Assembly (NCBI RefSeq): GCF_001194135.2
Contig: NC_068998.1
Span: forward strand, 51,041,887 to 51,105,886
Reading direction: 5' to 3'
DNA length: 64,000 nucleotides
Origin: Octopus bimaculoides
Lineage: Eukaryota
Under the pieces are notes generated by a model, which saw nothing but the letters and a program-made list of their open reading frames with translations, was not told the DNA's origin and did not search any database. Positions within the stretch are counted from its first letter, which is position 1. Each line of letters starts with the position of its first letter. Both the position numbers and the translations under genes were made by a program. This document shows positions 13,115 to 25,583 of the stretch, piece after piece.

Positions 13115-16085
13115 CTATGCATGTATATGTATATGTCTGAATAACTAAACATCACGAACAATCTGAATATAATAGATTTTTTAGATGTTTTCTTCATCAT
13201 ATTCAATTAGACATTATAATTTCCAGTCGATAATGATAACCTCGTTTCTAACAAAATATACATTTTTTAAAACTTTACATCTATTTTATAATATTTTTTC
13301 AATGTGACATTAATATTGATACTAAAATTATTTAATTTTCAGCATTAAATGAAATATTTCAGGTTCACTCATGTGAGCCAAAATTACTTTGCCCTGAAAC
13401 CTTGCAATATTACACAGGTAGTCGTGCAGACAACTGTCGGTACATAATATTTTATTAACTTTTTTACTATTTATACCTCTTCTAATAATTATATTTGATT
13501 TTAATTTCCATAAACAATGATACCATCAAACGCTAATCATAAATATTTTTCTCTGACAGTGGAACTCGACTAAAAATTGTTTGGTAGTGTGTCTTCAAAA
13601 CTAAATCCACCAGATTAATTTCAGTGAGATATTAAAGGCGGAATCGATAAAAGACATACTAGTTAAGCAGAGTGATTGCTCTAATCGGTTCTATCCCGCC
13701 ACTTTAGCCAACATTTTTAATTAATATTTCGGTGACAAATGTCACAATAAGATTATATCGGAGAAAGTATTGTAATAAGGCTATCGCTGTACATATAATG
13801 TCCTCCACTGTCATGCTCCATAATTATTTAATACAACGTTAATTCCCAGCATAGGTATAAATCAAATAATTTAAAGCAGTAGTCCTTAAACTTTTCCCCT
13901 CAGGCCCACATTTGCTACGATCACACACTGAAATTGAAAATGTCGATGAGAAATAAAATATTTACAAAATCTGGCAGAAAATAGAAAATATGTTTAATGA
14001 TTACAATGCTATTGATGTCTTACTATCAGCTTGTCTAACTCAACTTTCAAATCTTGGTTCAATTTCAGGCGCAAATCTTCTCTTTTTCATTTTGTAAAAC
14101 ATTTCACTTATTTGTCAGCATATCATTTACAGCAGAAAGTCCTGCCTCAACCAGCCAGATGGTAGGAAACCATACTACGAATAGAACAGCTTTTCAAAGG
14201 GCAGGGATAGAATGATTTTACTTCCAGCCATTCCATCAATCCTTCCTTTTCAAGTCTCCCCATCAATGGATTGCTTTCTGACAGCTAAACACCCTCAAAC
14301 GGAGCCCATCTTCCTTGAGAAAAAGTACTTCATTTTCAGGCTGTAATGAGTACAACTCGATGCTGGTGCGACCTTCTATTGGTCCATCTGTCTCATCCTT
14401 TGTTTTCTGTTGAGGGATCTTTGGGAAGGCCATGATTATCTGCTTTGTTTACATCCGACTGTAATTATGTAGGCACCAAACGTAAATTAATGAAAGCATG
14501 ATACATATTTCTATGCCATATAAAGTAGCACGTGACAGCTGGATGCGTTATATTTATTACCAACTTTATTAAGTCTTCTTTTCTAAAATATTATTTACTG
14601 CTTTGCATTTACCTTTCAGATTCTATTACGAATATGAATTATGTGCTGTAAAAAAACGTTGGATTTGTGCTCAAAAGTATCTTGAAGAATATAAGACCTA
14701 TAACTGCGCTCGTAAGACATTTTGAGTATAACACTGTGGAAGGCGAATTTTGGCCTTGGGTGGCGACTGCTATTTCGTATTTGCTTACTCTTAGAATGTT
14801 TGAAAATGGGCTAATATTTCCTTCAAACTTTGCTTTTCTTAAGATATTTATTCAAACCCCAAAGAATCTGTCTCAAGACATGGCGATCTCCAACTACTCA
14901 TGTTCATGTAACAAGTTACCCTGCTCGAGTCGCGACGTCAAAAGCTCGGTTTTGGAATTTGGCAGACAATGACCTCTCAACAGGTCACTGAGGCCTTCTT
15001 GGTTGGGTGTAATATGGGTTTATCGCTTCAGCTGCAACTCTGTAATCTGGATTAAAGACTTCATCCTCTTTTATATGTGCTGCTCTCTTCTGAAGATTGC
15101 TGCTCTCTCTCTTTTTGCAGGAATGGGAACGAGGAGCTCAGGGAAGTGTGACACTGGAGTGATGGTTGAGAGAAGGTTTCGATATATGATAGCAATTGCA
15201 TTCTAGTTAGATCAATATTTGGAAGGGTCCGCCATGCAAATGATGCAATCGCTTAGGTGTTCAGTTAGTTCCCTCCAAATTCCTAGGATTGTTAGTTTCA
15301 TGACTATTTCACACTCTGCACCATCCTGCAACATAGCGAAAAAAACAAAAACCCAAGAAGAATGTGCATAAAAATACAAATACATTTCACCTAGTGTGGG
15401 TTTGGTCAGTAAGTGTTTCAATAACACTGGTTAAAAAATAATAAAACTAAAAATACATCAAAATTAGAAAAATTCCAAAACTTTTACACTTAAGAATTCC
15501 ACCATCAGAATATGTAGAATTTCCATCCGACCTTCTACAGTTCTTTTGCATAGTTCGCAGGTGAAATGAGGCGCCCAGGGTTTGCCTTGATCCTCAACAA
15601 GTATTCCGAAATATGCCTCACACATTTTAGCAGATGATGCCAGAGAGCAGATTATTGTTTTTGCATTGATAGATTCGCCACAGACAAAGCAAAATGCGTC
15701 TGTCGGATGTTTACAGCTACTTGATGCCATCTGTAACGAATGTATTTATCAATGACGATTTGTGTTCACGTGGACACGTTTTGTTTACGACTCCGCACCT
15801 TAGTAGAACGGCAAAAGAGGTTGAACGACTATCAGCCACTGAAAAATAATATGTACTGGAGTCGATTTCTCCTGCTAAATCCTAAAGGTAGTGCTGAAGC
15901 ATGACTGCAATTCAATGCCTGAAACAAAATAATTTTATTATTTTAAAATGAATCTAATTTTCTAAACACGCTCTTTTATATCTATTCTAGCTACAGCTTC
16001 GCCGCAACCCAAATATCATTCTTCAGCCTGTTTTACATCGCCTTACAGCATTTTACCAATTCTCATTCTACCAATATTGGTGTGA
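9150..16085 (+). CDS. G2: 137 aa secreted, predicted GPI-anchored six-Cys protein with 7 coding exons
   Basis: Exons 9150-9186, 10498-10536, 11529-11546, 12090-12125, 13343-13439, 14620-14711 and 15991-16085; canonical GT-AG, 414 nt, no internal stop: [137 protein letters not shown]. Each exon has a positional homologue in G3. Confidence 0.88.
9658..10200 (+). mobile_element. Decayed Tc1/mariner (maT/DD37D-like), 5' half, in G2 intron 1
   Basis: TA + CAGGGTACG terminus; a frameshifted HTH region ...SKRRKHSNRSEVIR...VKQIIDYNPRKSMTSIAKDFHVSHG. Confidence 0.65.
11128..11430. mobile_element. Penelope-pLTR/SINE composite repeat, same family as 43231-43623
   Basis: Shares ATGTTTCGGCTGAT...CCAG..TTCAT.AGGTGT...ATTTCGAAC...TTCTCATTCCTAAGG with the 43.2 kb copy and has an internal inverted repeat. 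Confidence 0.5.
13877..14140 (-). mobile_element. hAT (Charlie/Buster-like) transposon 3' fragment
   Basis: Terminus CAGTAGTCCTTAAACTTTT; the minus strand gives EAGLSAVNDMLTNK..., resembling the hAT dimerisation-domain end. Confidence 0.55.
15212..15770 (-). mobile_element. CMC/Chapaev3-like transposase N-terminal remnant in the last G2 intron
   Basis: MASSSCKHPTDAFCFVCGE...KMCEAYFGILVEDQGKPWAPHFTCELC...IWRELTEHLSDCIIC shows the Cys-rich Chapaev-type N-terminus; broken. Confidence 0.65.
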
Positions 16086-16218
16086 AGCAATTCGAAGTCA
16101 GCTGAAAAAAAATGTATCTATTGTGAGACTATTTATAAAAAAATAACCAATTAATGTTTTCTCTGACTAAATCATTTTCAGAATGAATATATGACGCAGA
16201 ATTTACATTTATATGGCA

Positions 16219-17101
16219 CTAGCTAAAACACCCATCATTGACTGGGTTGAAAAAACAAAAACTACCAAAGTTTACTATGAATATTGAAAGTTATTCACTT
16301 ATTGAGCATATATAAGAATTGGCTATTAACTTATTTATTGAACTTAAGTATTACAACAAACAAAAATACAAATAGCTTTTCTTAGGCGAATAGCCTGGTG
16401 GCTCGAAGATATAAATATAAAACGAATAAAAACAATATGATAATGCTATTAAACTTCACACGAATTTAATAGGATGTCTCTGTGAGTAGCATACATCTTC
16501 GTACACATAGAATAATGAAGGAGAGAACTGAAGATCAAACATCGTAAAACGTGAAAAATAGACCATAAATGAATTTCTGATTTTACTTGTTTTCCCAGAA
16601 CTTTCCTTTAGTTTTGTTGTGTCTGGGGTGCGTCATTCCGTTTTGATGCATTATTCACACTCACCATTTCTATTTCCACTCATTTATTATTTTTTCTTCT
16701 AAAATTTTCGTTGCTTCTCGCAACGTCTTTAACAATTGCTGGCACTCTCCGTTATCGGAGCTGCGTTTCTTTTTGTTTGATTGTTTCGTTTGTGTACAAG
16801 TGTCAGCGTGCATGTATACACACACATGCATGTATGTATGTAATTATGCAAGTATGTATCTATGTGTGGGTGTATGGGTGTTTTTGTACATATGTATGTA
16901 TGCATTTTGCATATTCATGTGTCTGTGTGTATGTATGTAAACCCCCCTTAGGCCGGGCATTTTTTTGTGGGGACAACGTTACGTGCAATATTTTGGAAAA
17001 GGCCCACAACTTCCTCAGAGAAGTACTTAGAGACTCGGGACCACTTCCCTTGTCTTCTACGGAATATTTTACACAAGAATTAACTTTTACTTTTTATGTA
17101 G
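16219..17101 (-). mobile_element. Non-autonomous Helitron downstream of the G2 stop
   Basis: The minus strand starts TCTACATAAAAAG and ends with a CCCA-gtcaatga-TGGG hairpin followed by CTAG; inserted between A and T with no TSD. Confidence 0.7.
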
Positions 17102-18149
17102 ATGCTGTAGCCTTTCTTCCTAAAAATCGACAAATACACACAAATGTTCATCTTTATTATATAAAGTATCTCTGCATCACTAATATTCTGTAGTGACAGT
17201 GTAAAATAATGTTCATCTCCTTTAGTTACGATGTAATATATCATTGTAATAAATGTTAAGATGACAGATTAATACTGACTTTACTATCACATTCATGTTA
17301 TGACCTTTATTATTCTATCACTAATACGTCTCTGCGTTATGAATATCAGTGAAAAAAGTAATATTTAATCTCTAAGTAGAAACGTTATATATCTCCATAA
17401 CAAGTCTTATGACATGTTAAGAACAATCTTACTATCATATTTGTCGTATGACAATGGAATTGGTTGCCAATAGCTTTGACAAATGTGAAGTAATTGTCAG
17501 TTTAAACTTGTCTGTAGCGATTTCACCATCAAAATTAATTTCGCGAAAGCTATATAAAATAACGTTTTTATTCTTTAGTTCTCGTTGCAGTTCATATACT
17601 ACACAGTAATCAATTCTTAAATTACGGCGAACATAAAGTGAAAAACTTGTACCGATAAAGAAAATTCTAACTTGAATTATTAATTGTAATAACAATTCTT
17701 ATAGCATTGAAAAATAACAAACTTGTACGAGGACGAACTAATGTCCATTTAAAGGATATTGTCTTAGTATCATGAAAATATACCTACGTGTCTGTGTTTA
17801 TGTGTGTGCTTGTATGTGTATGTGTAGGCGTACGATTTAGCGTGTAAAGACAAAATATCGGAATAATATTTAGGTTTGAGTAGTGCAATGAAAAGGAAAT
17901 GAAAAAGCTAGATGAGGGGAAATTTAACGTGTAAAAAGAGTTGGTCGTTCTCGACTGAAAAGAATTATAGGAAAAAGGTAGGCTAGCGTAGAAAGAAGAT
18001 TAGGTATATTAATTACTTATTGATAATGTGGGTTGGGGTACGCTAGCGTAGGACAATGTTTTTTGAATAAAAAAGACAGAACATGCATGATAATCGACAA
18101 ATCATGTTCCAGTGACAACAGGATCAAAGAGAAGGAAGAAAAACTGAAC

Positions 18150-18452
<303 letters not shown>

Positions 18453-18598
18453 TACTGAGGTAAGAAATGTAAAATGAAAAGAGACAGATTAAATTATAAA
18501 CACATAAAATTGATATTGGGATATCTATCTACCAACAATAAAATATAACAGAAGCATAGAAAAAACATTTATATATATATATATATATNNNNNNNNNN

Positions 18599-18635
<37 letters not shown>

Positions 18636-18841
18636 TTATACACTTTAAAATAATTTCACATTTGTTTTTCTTCTCTAAAAACATATTGGGCGGATAAAAG
18701 GCCGTACAATATTCTATGCAGCGAATAACACGTAGAGTGGAGTTTTGTCGTGACATCGTTAATGATCCAATGACCTTGAGAAACGTTTTGTTAATTTATA
18801 TGACAAATTGTAATGTGTTTTAAATGCATAGTTGTTTGTGC

Positions 18842-18874
<33 letters not shown>

Positions 18875-19741
18875 TCTCTCCCTGTCTTGAGATTCACACA
18901 CACTCTCTCTCTCCCTCAATGTAGTGTATAATCTGCTAATGTTCACCCTTCAGACATTCTGTACCGCGTAGGTATCCTCAACGTTTGTGCTCACTCGTTT
19001 GATTTCTTCATTTCCTTTTTCTTTCGATTTCAACTTTTATTTATATCTTGTCTTTAAGCTTCTCGCATTCAGTGATTTTTCCTTTTGTTTTTTTTTTGCT
19101 ATTTCATTTCCTCGGTTACAATCCATAGAGTAGGATTGAAATCTGAGGTGAAAATATTTGAAGACATGAAAAGAATCTCTAAAATATGAATAAACATTGT
19201 AATGCAAACAATTTCAAAATTGAATAAATATTGAAAGCTATCGGATTTATTATATAACATAAAAATAACGATAATAATGGGCAATTATTGAAACCATATA
19301 AAACATGAATATTATTTATTTATTCATTTTTTTACTTTGCATTTTTATTTCAATTTTTAAAAATAAAAATTTGGTGTACTTATATTTTTTGATGTGCTAT
19401 ATATTTAAAGTTTGGTGGAGAACTAAATGCCTAACTACATTAATTTTAATTTAGGGTATATTACCTTGATAAATATATTCAGTTGTGTTGCTAATGAGAT
19501 AACCTAACATAATTTAGCGGAGATAAGTATTTTCAGATGAGAAAACAGACTCCTTCCTATGAAAAATCAAAAGCAAATATATAAAGCATTTTTAATAGAC
19601 TAACTATGCAACTAAAACATACCATGACATGTTAAATCATTAAGATAATTTTATAATCACCTAAATCATTAAACGTCAGATAAAAGGCTATACTGTATTT
19701 TGTGCAGCGAATGTATATATACTTTCAGTGAGAACAGACGA

Positions 19742-19769
19742 CAGCTGTTACGTCATTTTTCTATATAAG
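19742..19769 (+). promoter_or_regulatory. Putative core promoter of G3: E-box CAGCTG, CRE-like TTACGTCA and TATA-like TATATAAG
   Basis: The same ordered motif recurs upstream of the ATG in G2 (9092-9117), G4 (33469-33495) and G6 (53577-53598). The function is inferred and the TSS is unknown. Confidence 0.45.
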
Positions 19770-19800
19770 AAATATAGACACTTGAATACGAATGTTCAGG

Positions 19801-21375
19801 ATGAAATGTTTTCTGTGCTGGTATCTTGTCATTGTTTGTAAGTAGCTACAATATGAAGCATTTTTCATCGTCATAAGTATTTCTATTAAATCTTTAATCT
19901 CTGTATAAGTTTCAATGTGTCTCTGTTACTTACCTCCCTTTATATATATGCTTTCCTATATTTTGGTTCGTCAGTAAAAAGCGATGCTAAACTCGACAAG
20001 GAAGTCCAAACTCGTATAAGAAAGGCCACTACAGTTTTTGGGAAGCCTTATGATCGATTTTCGAATGGCCACGATGTTTTAGTAAAGACAAAAATAGACG
20101 CGTATAAGTCAGTTGTCCTAAGAATTCATTTATATGAAGCAAAGTCTGAATAGCTTATCGTAAGAGCATCAGTCAGTTATCTTAGGCAATTATGCAAGGT
20201 TAAATAAAAGGATAGAGTAAAGAAGAGTACTATCCTGAAAATGTGCGGAATATCCGGGATATTAAATTCCATACTGAGATTATGTAAGTTAGACAGATTT
20301 GAAATCATTGCAAGCAGCACCTATGTAAACGTATCTACTCTTATTGGCAGTATCTACACTTTGACATACAATGTTGTTCCTAAAAAACTTGTAATCCAAT
20401 GGACGTGTGAAATGACATTTACAATTACACAATCTACTAGAAGTCCGCGAAGGGTGAAGCGGAGGTTACTGCGCCCGGGGTAGTTTTCCCCTTCAATATA
20501 TATATACCCCCAGTCTTATCAGCAACATGTTCGATAGGTTTACCGAAATTGTGGTTAGTTTCAATGATGTGGTTTCCTGGACACGCTAACATTATTCAAA
20601 AGTACGTGATGAGGTTGTCTCTACAGAGTTTCAGTAGAAATTGTTACCAGCACTGATTCTATTACGTCGTTTTATATCTGAGACGTCAAATGTAAACAAA
20701 CAATGTGATCGAAGATAAAAAGATGAGTAATGGGCGTATATGTCATATTTCGGGAGTTTTTTCTTCTTCATCAGCACCCATCTAACCCATTAATCATTCA
20801 CGAACTCATTGCTTAATTAGCTGCTACATATATCGGTGTATCGTTACTGGGTATACCAATTTACATATCAAACATATTCTTGGAACAACTTTCATAAAAT
20901 TTTTATACGAAATAATCTCACCCTGTTATATTTCTCATGTAAAGATACCATAAACAATAAAGTCGTATTCACATTAATCTAGATAATTGTGTTCGGTGTG
21001 TCATTTATAATTTTAAACTTTGACTCATCTTATTAAATATATTAATTATGCCTTTATTCTTTTTACACATTTCAGATATTAGTTTGTGGCCATGTTGGGA
21101 TGCACACTGGCTTAGTAAGTCTATCATAGTGAACACAGATATTGTCTAAAGCTGAGTATTTGTTTTAAAGTTCTGTAATTTGTGGAACCGGTTGAATGCG
21201 TGATAGATACACATTGCAGAGACAAACACCCACACTATAATATATATNNNNNNNNNNNNNNNNNNNNNNNNNNNNNNNNNNNNNNNNNNNNNNNNNNNNN
21301 NNNNNNNNNNNNNNNNNNNNNNNNNNNNNNNNNNNNNNNNNNNNNNNNNNNNNNNNNNNNNNNNNNNNNNNNNNN

Positions 21376-21416
<41 letters not shown>

Positions 21417-24133
21417 ATGTATATCTCTCTGTATATGAGAGCGAGAGAGAAATAAGAATACATACGATCAATAGAAAACTCGTGAAGTATGGAAAAGAAT
21501 AGGATTTATAATACAGTAAACCCAAATGAGGCATTAAATGATACACAGTGCAAATATGAAAACTAAGTCAACAGTGTGAATAAATGTCGTAAATTTATAT
21601 TATCGATACGTAATTATAAGACCTAAGTGTAGGAAGTCGGTACGTTTCGAGCAGTCCATTGTGGGTATTAAAAGCAACGATCAGGAAAAATAATAATTTA
21701 TTAATGTCGAAGGTTGTAGGTTTTTTCCATATCGTAGTTTGATAATCTAAAACATTTTATAGCTCACGGTTAGCAACTTGAGTTGCTATGAATGCGAATA
21801 GATATTCGACTTGAGGGATTGAAGAGTGTAAAATTCTCTGATGTAATAATTATTCAGCGAGGGGCACTCAGCTAGCAATTTATCAGGCCGAAGATACCTT
21901 AAGATTAATAAGATACTATGGAGGTTGCATTGTCGTTAAGGTAACTCGCCGAAAAAGATTGAGTAATTATTAAATTAGAGGATCGTCTAGCTAGGGAACA
22001 CATGTAGCCTGGATTTTTCCTGCTCTACTCCCTCGGTTTGGATATATATATATATATAATTCAAACTCAATATATTATAAATTAACTACCATCAAAAATA
22101 ATTGGTAAGCTAACTCAAAAAATCATCACCAAAATAGCAGAAAAAAAAACGACAGTGAAGGTATGCAGAATCTTCAAGAATCGATCCTTTTGGTTATATT
22201 AATAATAATAAAGGAGTTACGACGCAAAAACGTATATATTCAAACGTATATAAGCACTCACGCACGCACACAATACGTACGGTGCTACATAAAGAATTGA
22301 AAGTTCGTCCGTGGAAATCCCATTATGGGATGACGTAAACCTCTTGAATAGCTTCCAAGAAGGACAGATCTCACTCCATATGATTTTTACCTGTGGGTTT
22401 ACACAAAAGAGGAGGCGTATAAGACTAAACCTCACATACTGGAGGACTATATATATATATATATATAATGCATATATATATATGGGTAAAAGGCGAGCAG
22501 GTATTAAAAATTGGTTATGAAATCCATATTCCTTTTAGAAATCTATTGAAACAAATGATACGTGTTCTTTATTACATGAGAAAATGAAAGTAAATCTTCA
22601 TATTTCAAGGTAAGAACCGGCGGCGTCAGCCAGTTTCTTCAAACGGCCAGGGATGGAATGAACAACCTTTTGAAGGACGTCGTCTGGGATATCATTGAGA
22701 AGATCCCCGAAACGTGTCTCCTAGTCCTCCAGTGTGTGAGGTTTAGTCTTGTACACCCCTTCTTTTGTGTAAACCCACAGGTAAAAATCATATGGAGTGA
22801 GATCTGTCCTTCTTGGAAGCCATTCAAGAGGTTCACGTCGTCCCATAAGATCTTAGCCCCAGCACGTAATGGGGTTTCCACGGACGAACATTCAATTCTT
22901 TATGCAGCACCGTACGTATTGTGTGTCTTGTTAGTTCACCTTTACGTACTACTTGAACTGTTGATTTTTTTCTGGCTGCAATTAAACATTCCCTGCGCTG
23001 TTGCCACGTTCTCCGCTGACCGGGACGTGCTTGGACGGCCACTTCTTGCATCCTTCACAGAGCCAGTGATCATCAGCTTTGCATGACAACTTTTTCATTA
23101 TCTCCGGAAATAGTGTTGCATGCTTACCTTTCCATGCATGCCACCATCTCTGAACCAAAACAATGTGATTTCACACTTCATAGCGTGCTGCTATCTTAAC
23201 TCGCTCCTGAACAGTCAAGCGACTGGCCATCTGGAAAATACGAAAAATAAGAAATAAGACAAGAAAAAAATAAAAAGTCCCCATTAGTGTTGTATATATA
23301 TATATATATATATNNNNNNNNNNNNNNNNNNNNNNNNNNNNNNNNNNNNNNNNNNNNNNNNNNNNNNNNNNNNNNNNNNNNNNNNNNNNNNNNNNNNNNN
23401 NNNNNNNNNNNNNNNNNNNNNNNNNNNNNNNNNNNNNNNNNNNNNNNNNNNNNNNNNNNNNNNNNNNNNNNNNNNNNNNNNNNNNNNNNNNNNNNNNNNN
23501 NNNNNNNNNNNNNNNNNNNNNNNNNNNNNNNNNNNNNNNNNNNNNNNNNNNNNNNNNNNNNNNNNNNNNNNNNNNNNNNNNNNNNNNNNNNNNNNNNNNN
23601 NNNNNNNNNNNNNNNNNNNNNNNNNNNNNNNNNNNNNNNNNNNNNNNNNNNNNNNNNNNNNNNNNNNNNNNNNNNNNNNNNNNNNNNNNNNNNNNNNNNN
23701 NNNNNNNNNNNNNNNNNNNNNNNNNNNNNNNNNNNNNNNNNNNNNNNNNNNNNNNNNNNNNNNNNNNNNNNNNNNNNNNNNNNNNNNNNNNNNNNNNNNN
23801 NNNNNNNNNNNNNNNNNNNNNNNNNNNNNNNNNNNNNNNNNNNNNNNNNNNNNNNNNNNNNNNNNNNNNNNNNNNNNNNNNNNNNNNNNNNNNNNNNNNN
23901 NNNNNNNNNNNNNNNNNNNNNNNNNNNNNNNNNNNNNNNNNNNNNNNNNNNNNNNNNNNNNNNNNNNNNNNNNNNNNNNNNNNNNNNNNNNNNNNNNNNN
24001 NNNNNNNNNNNNNNNNNNNNNNNNNNNNNNNNNNNNNNNNNNNNNNNNNNNNNNNNNNNNNNNNNNNNNNNNNNNNNNNNNNNNNNNNNNNNNNNNNNNN
24101 NNNNNNNNNNNNNNNNNNNNNNNNNNNNNNNNN

Positions 24134-24170
<37 letters not shown>

Positions 24171-24674
24171 ATTTATTAATTTGTATATTATGCATTTTTC
24201 AAATTGTTGCACTTTCTTGTTTTCCACAGCGAAAAGCGAGTTACGTCGTGGTTAGTAAACTTTTCCTTACAATAAATAATGGGATACGGTATATACTCTT
24301 GTTATTAATAATATATAGTTTTGTATTATATTTTAACTTGTTAATTTGTGTTCAGTTACATTTATATATTATAATTCATAAATTCATTCCATCACTTATA
24401 AACATTCACACAACCCCTCCATACACACACATGCACGCACGCACACACACACACACACACACATACATATATATAACAACCTTCTCCAACTACAGTTCTC
24501 ATATTCGGTTAAAATGTCTTACGTTTAAGCTGGTTCCCATGCATTTCCCTGAAGAGAAGATTACATTCTTATCAACATCATCTATTCTTATGGAATGTAT
24601 AATTTGTAATCTTCGAAACATATGTTGGAAATAAAAGTATTCAGTTAACATATGCGTTTTACTCTGTTTACTAA

Positions 24675-24710
<36 letters not shown>

Positions 24711-25506
24711 TTACCGTATAGAAAATAGTCTAATATTGGAACACAGAAACATACGACGTAAAAAAATAGCCGCTAGTACATGTGGAATACTAACGCACAC
24801 CTGTTCATTTCGCGATAAGTATGCAGACATCCAGTCCTCCACAAAATGTAAAAGGAAGGATATTTAGTGAGCTTAAAATATATTTGTTCCATTCCATATT
24901 CATGCCGTATATTTGATTTCTGTTAAGCCACATCAAAATAAGCCATTAAGGTCAGTTTCTCCGAAAATATAGAAACGAACATTTTTCGAACAACGAAAAC
25001 AACAAACAGAGAAACGAGACATGCAGCATAAAGAGTATGCCCCTTCGTCAGTTGTCGCTGTTTCATTTACTCCTTGCCTTTGAAACGCGGAGTAAATGAA
25101 AAGGGGACAACTGACGAAGAGTATACTCTTTATGTTGCATGTCTCGTTTCTCTGTTTGTTTTCTTCGTTGTTCGAAAAAAGTTTGTTTTCTATGTTTTCG
25201 TTTCTCATTATGTTTAACGTTTTTTTTTACATCCTGTACCCATATATGCATGTATGTATACATATAAATGTAGGTATGTACATATATGTTTGGATATATA
25301 CATATATTTTTTCCTTTCTTTTAAATTGTAGCCAAAGCGATTAGAGACGAACGGCAGCGCTACGAAAGTATGTGGCCTTTTCTTCCTGTATATAACTTGT
25401 GCTGAATGATTTATTTATATATAAGTATATATATGTGTGTATATATACATGCGTACAAATTTATATATGTATATGTGTATGCACACACATACATATACAC
25501 GCACAC

Positions 25507-25583
<77 letters not shown>

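Noticed and set aside
12154-13140. Longest ORF-track entries (e.g. 328, 343 and 287 aa) and all [16 protein letters not shown] and LLLL ORFs
   Set aside because: They are translations of microsatellites and N gaps, with no coding signal.
13343-14711. Assignment of the family to Ly6/uPAR (quiver-like), ShKT, defensin or conotoxin
   Set aside because: Only six domain Cys, no CC pair or terminal CN motif, no C-x3-C-x2-C or CxC signatures. The resemblance to toxins is in evolutionary mode only.
16711-17193. 160-aa ORF
   Set aside because: Spans Helitron internal sequence and a (TG/TATG) low-complexity tract.
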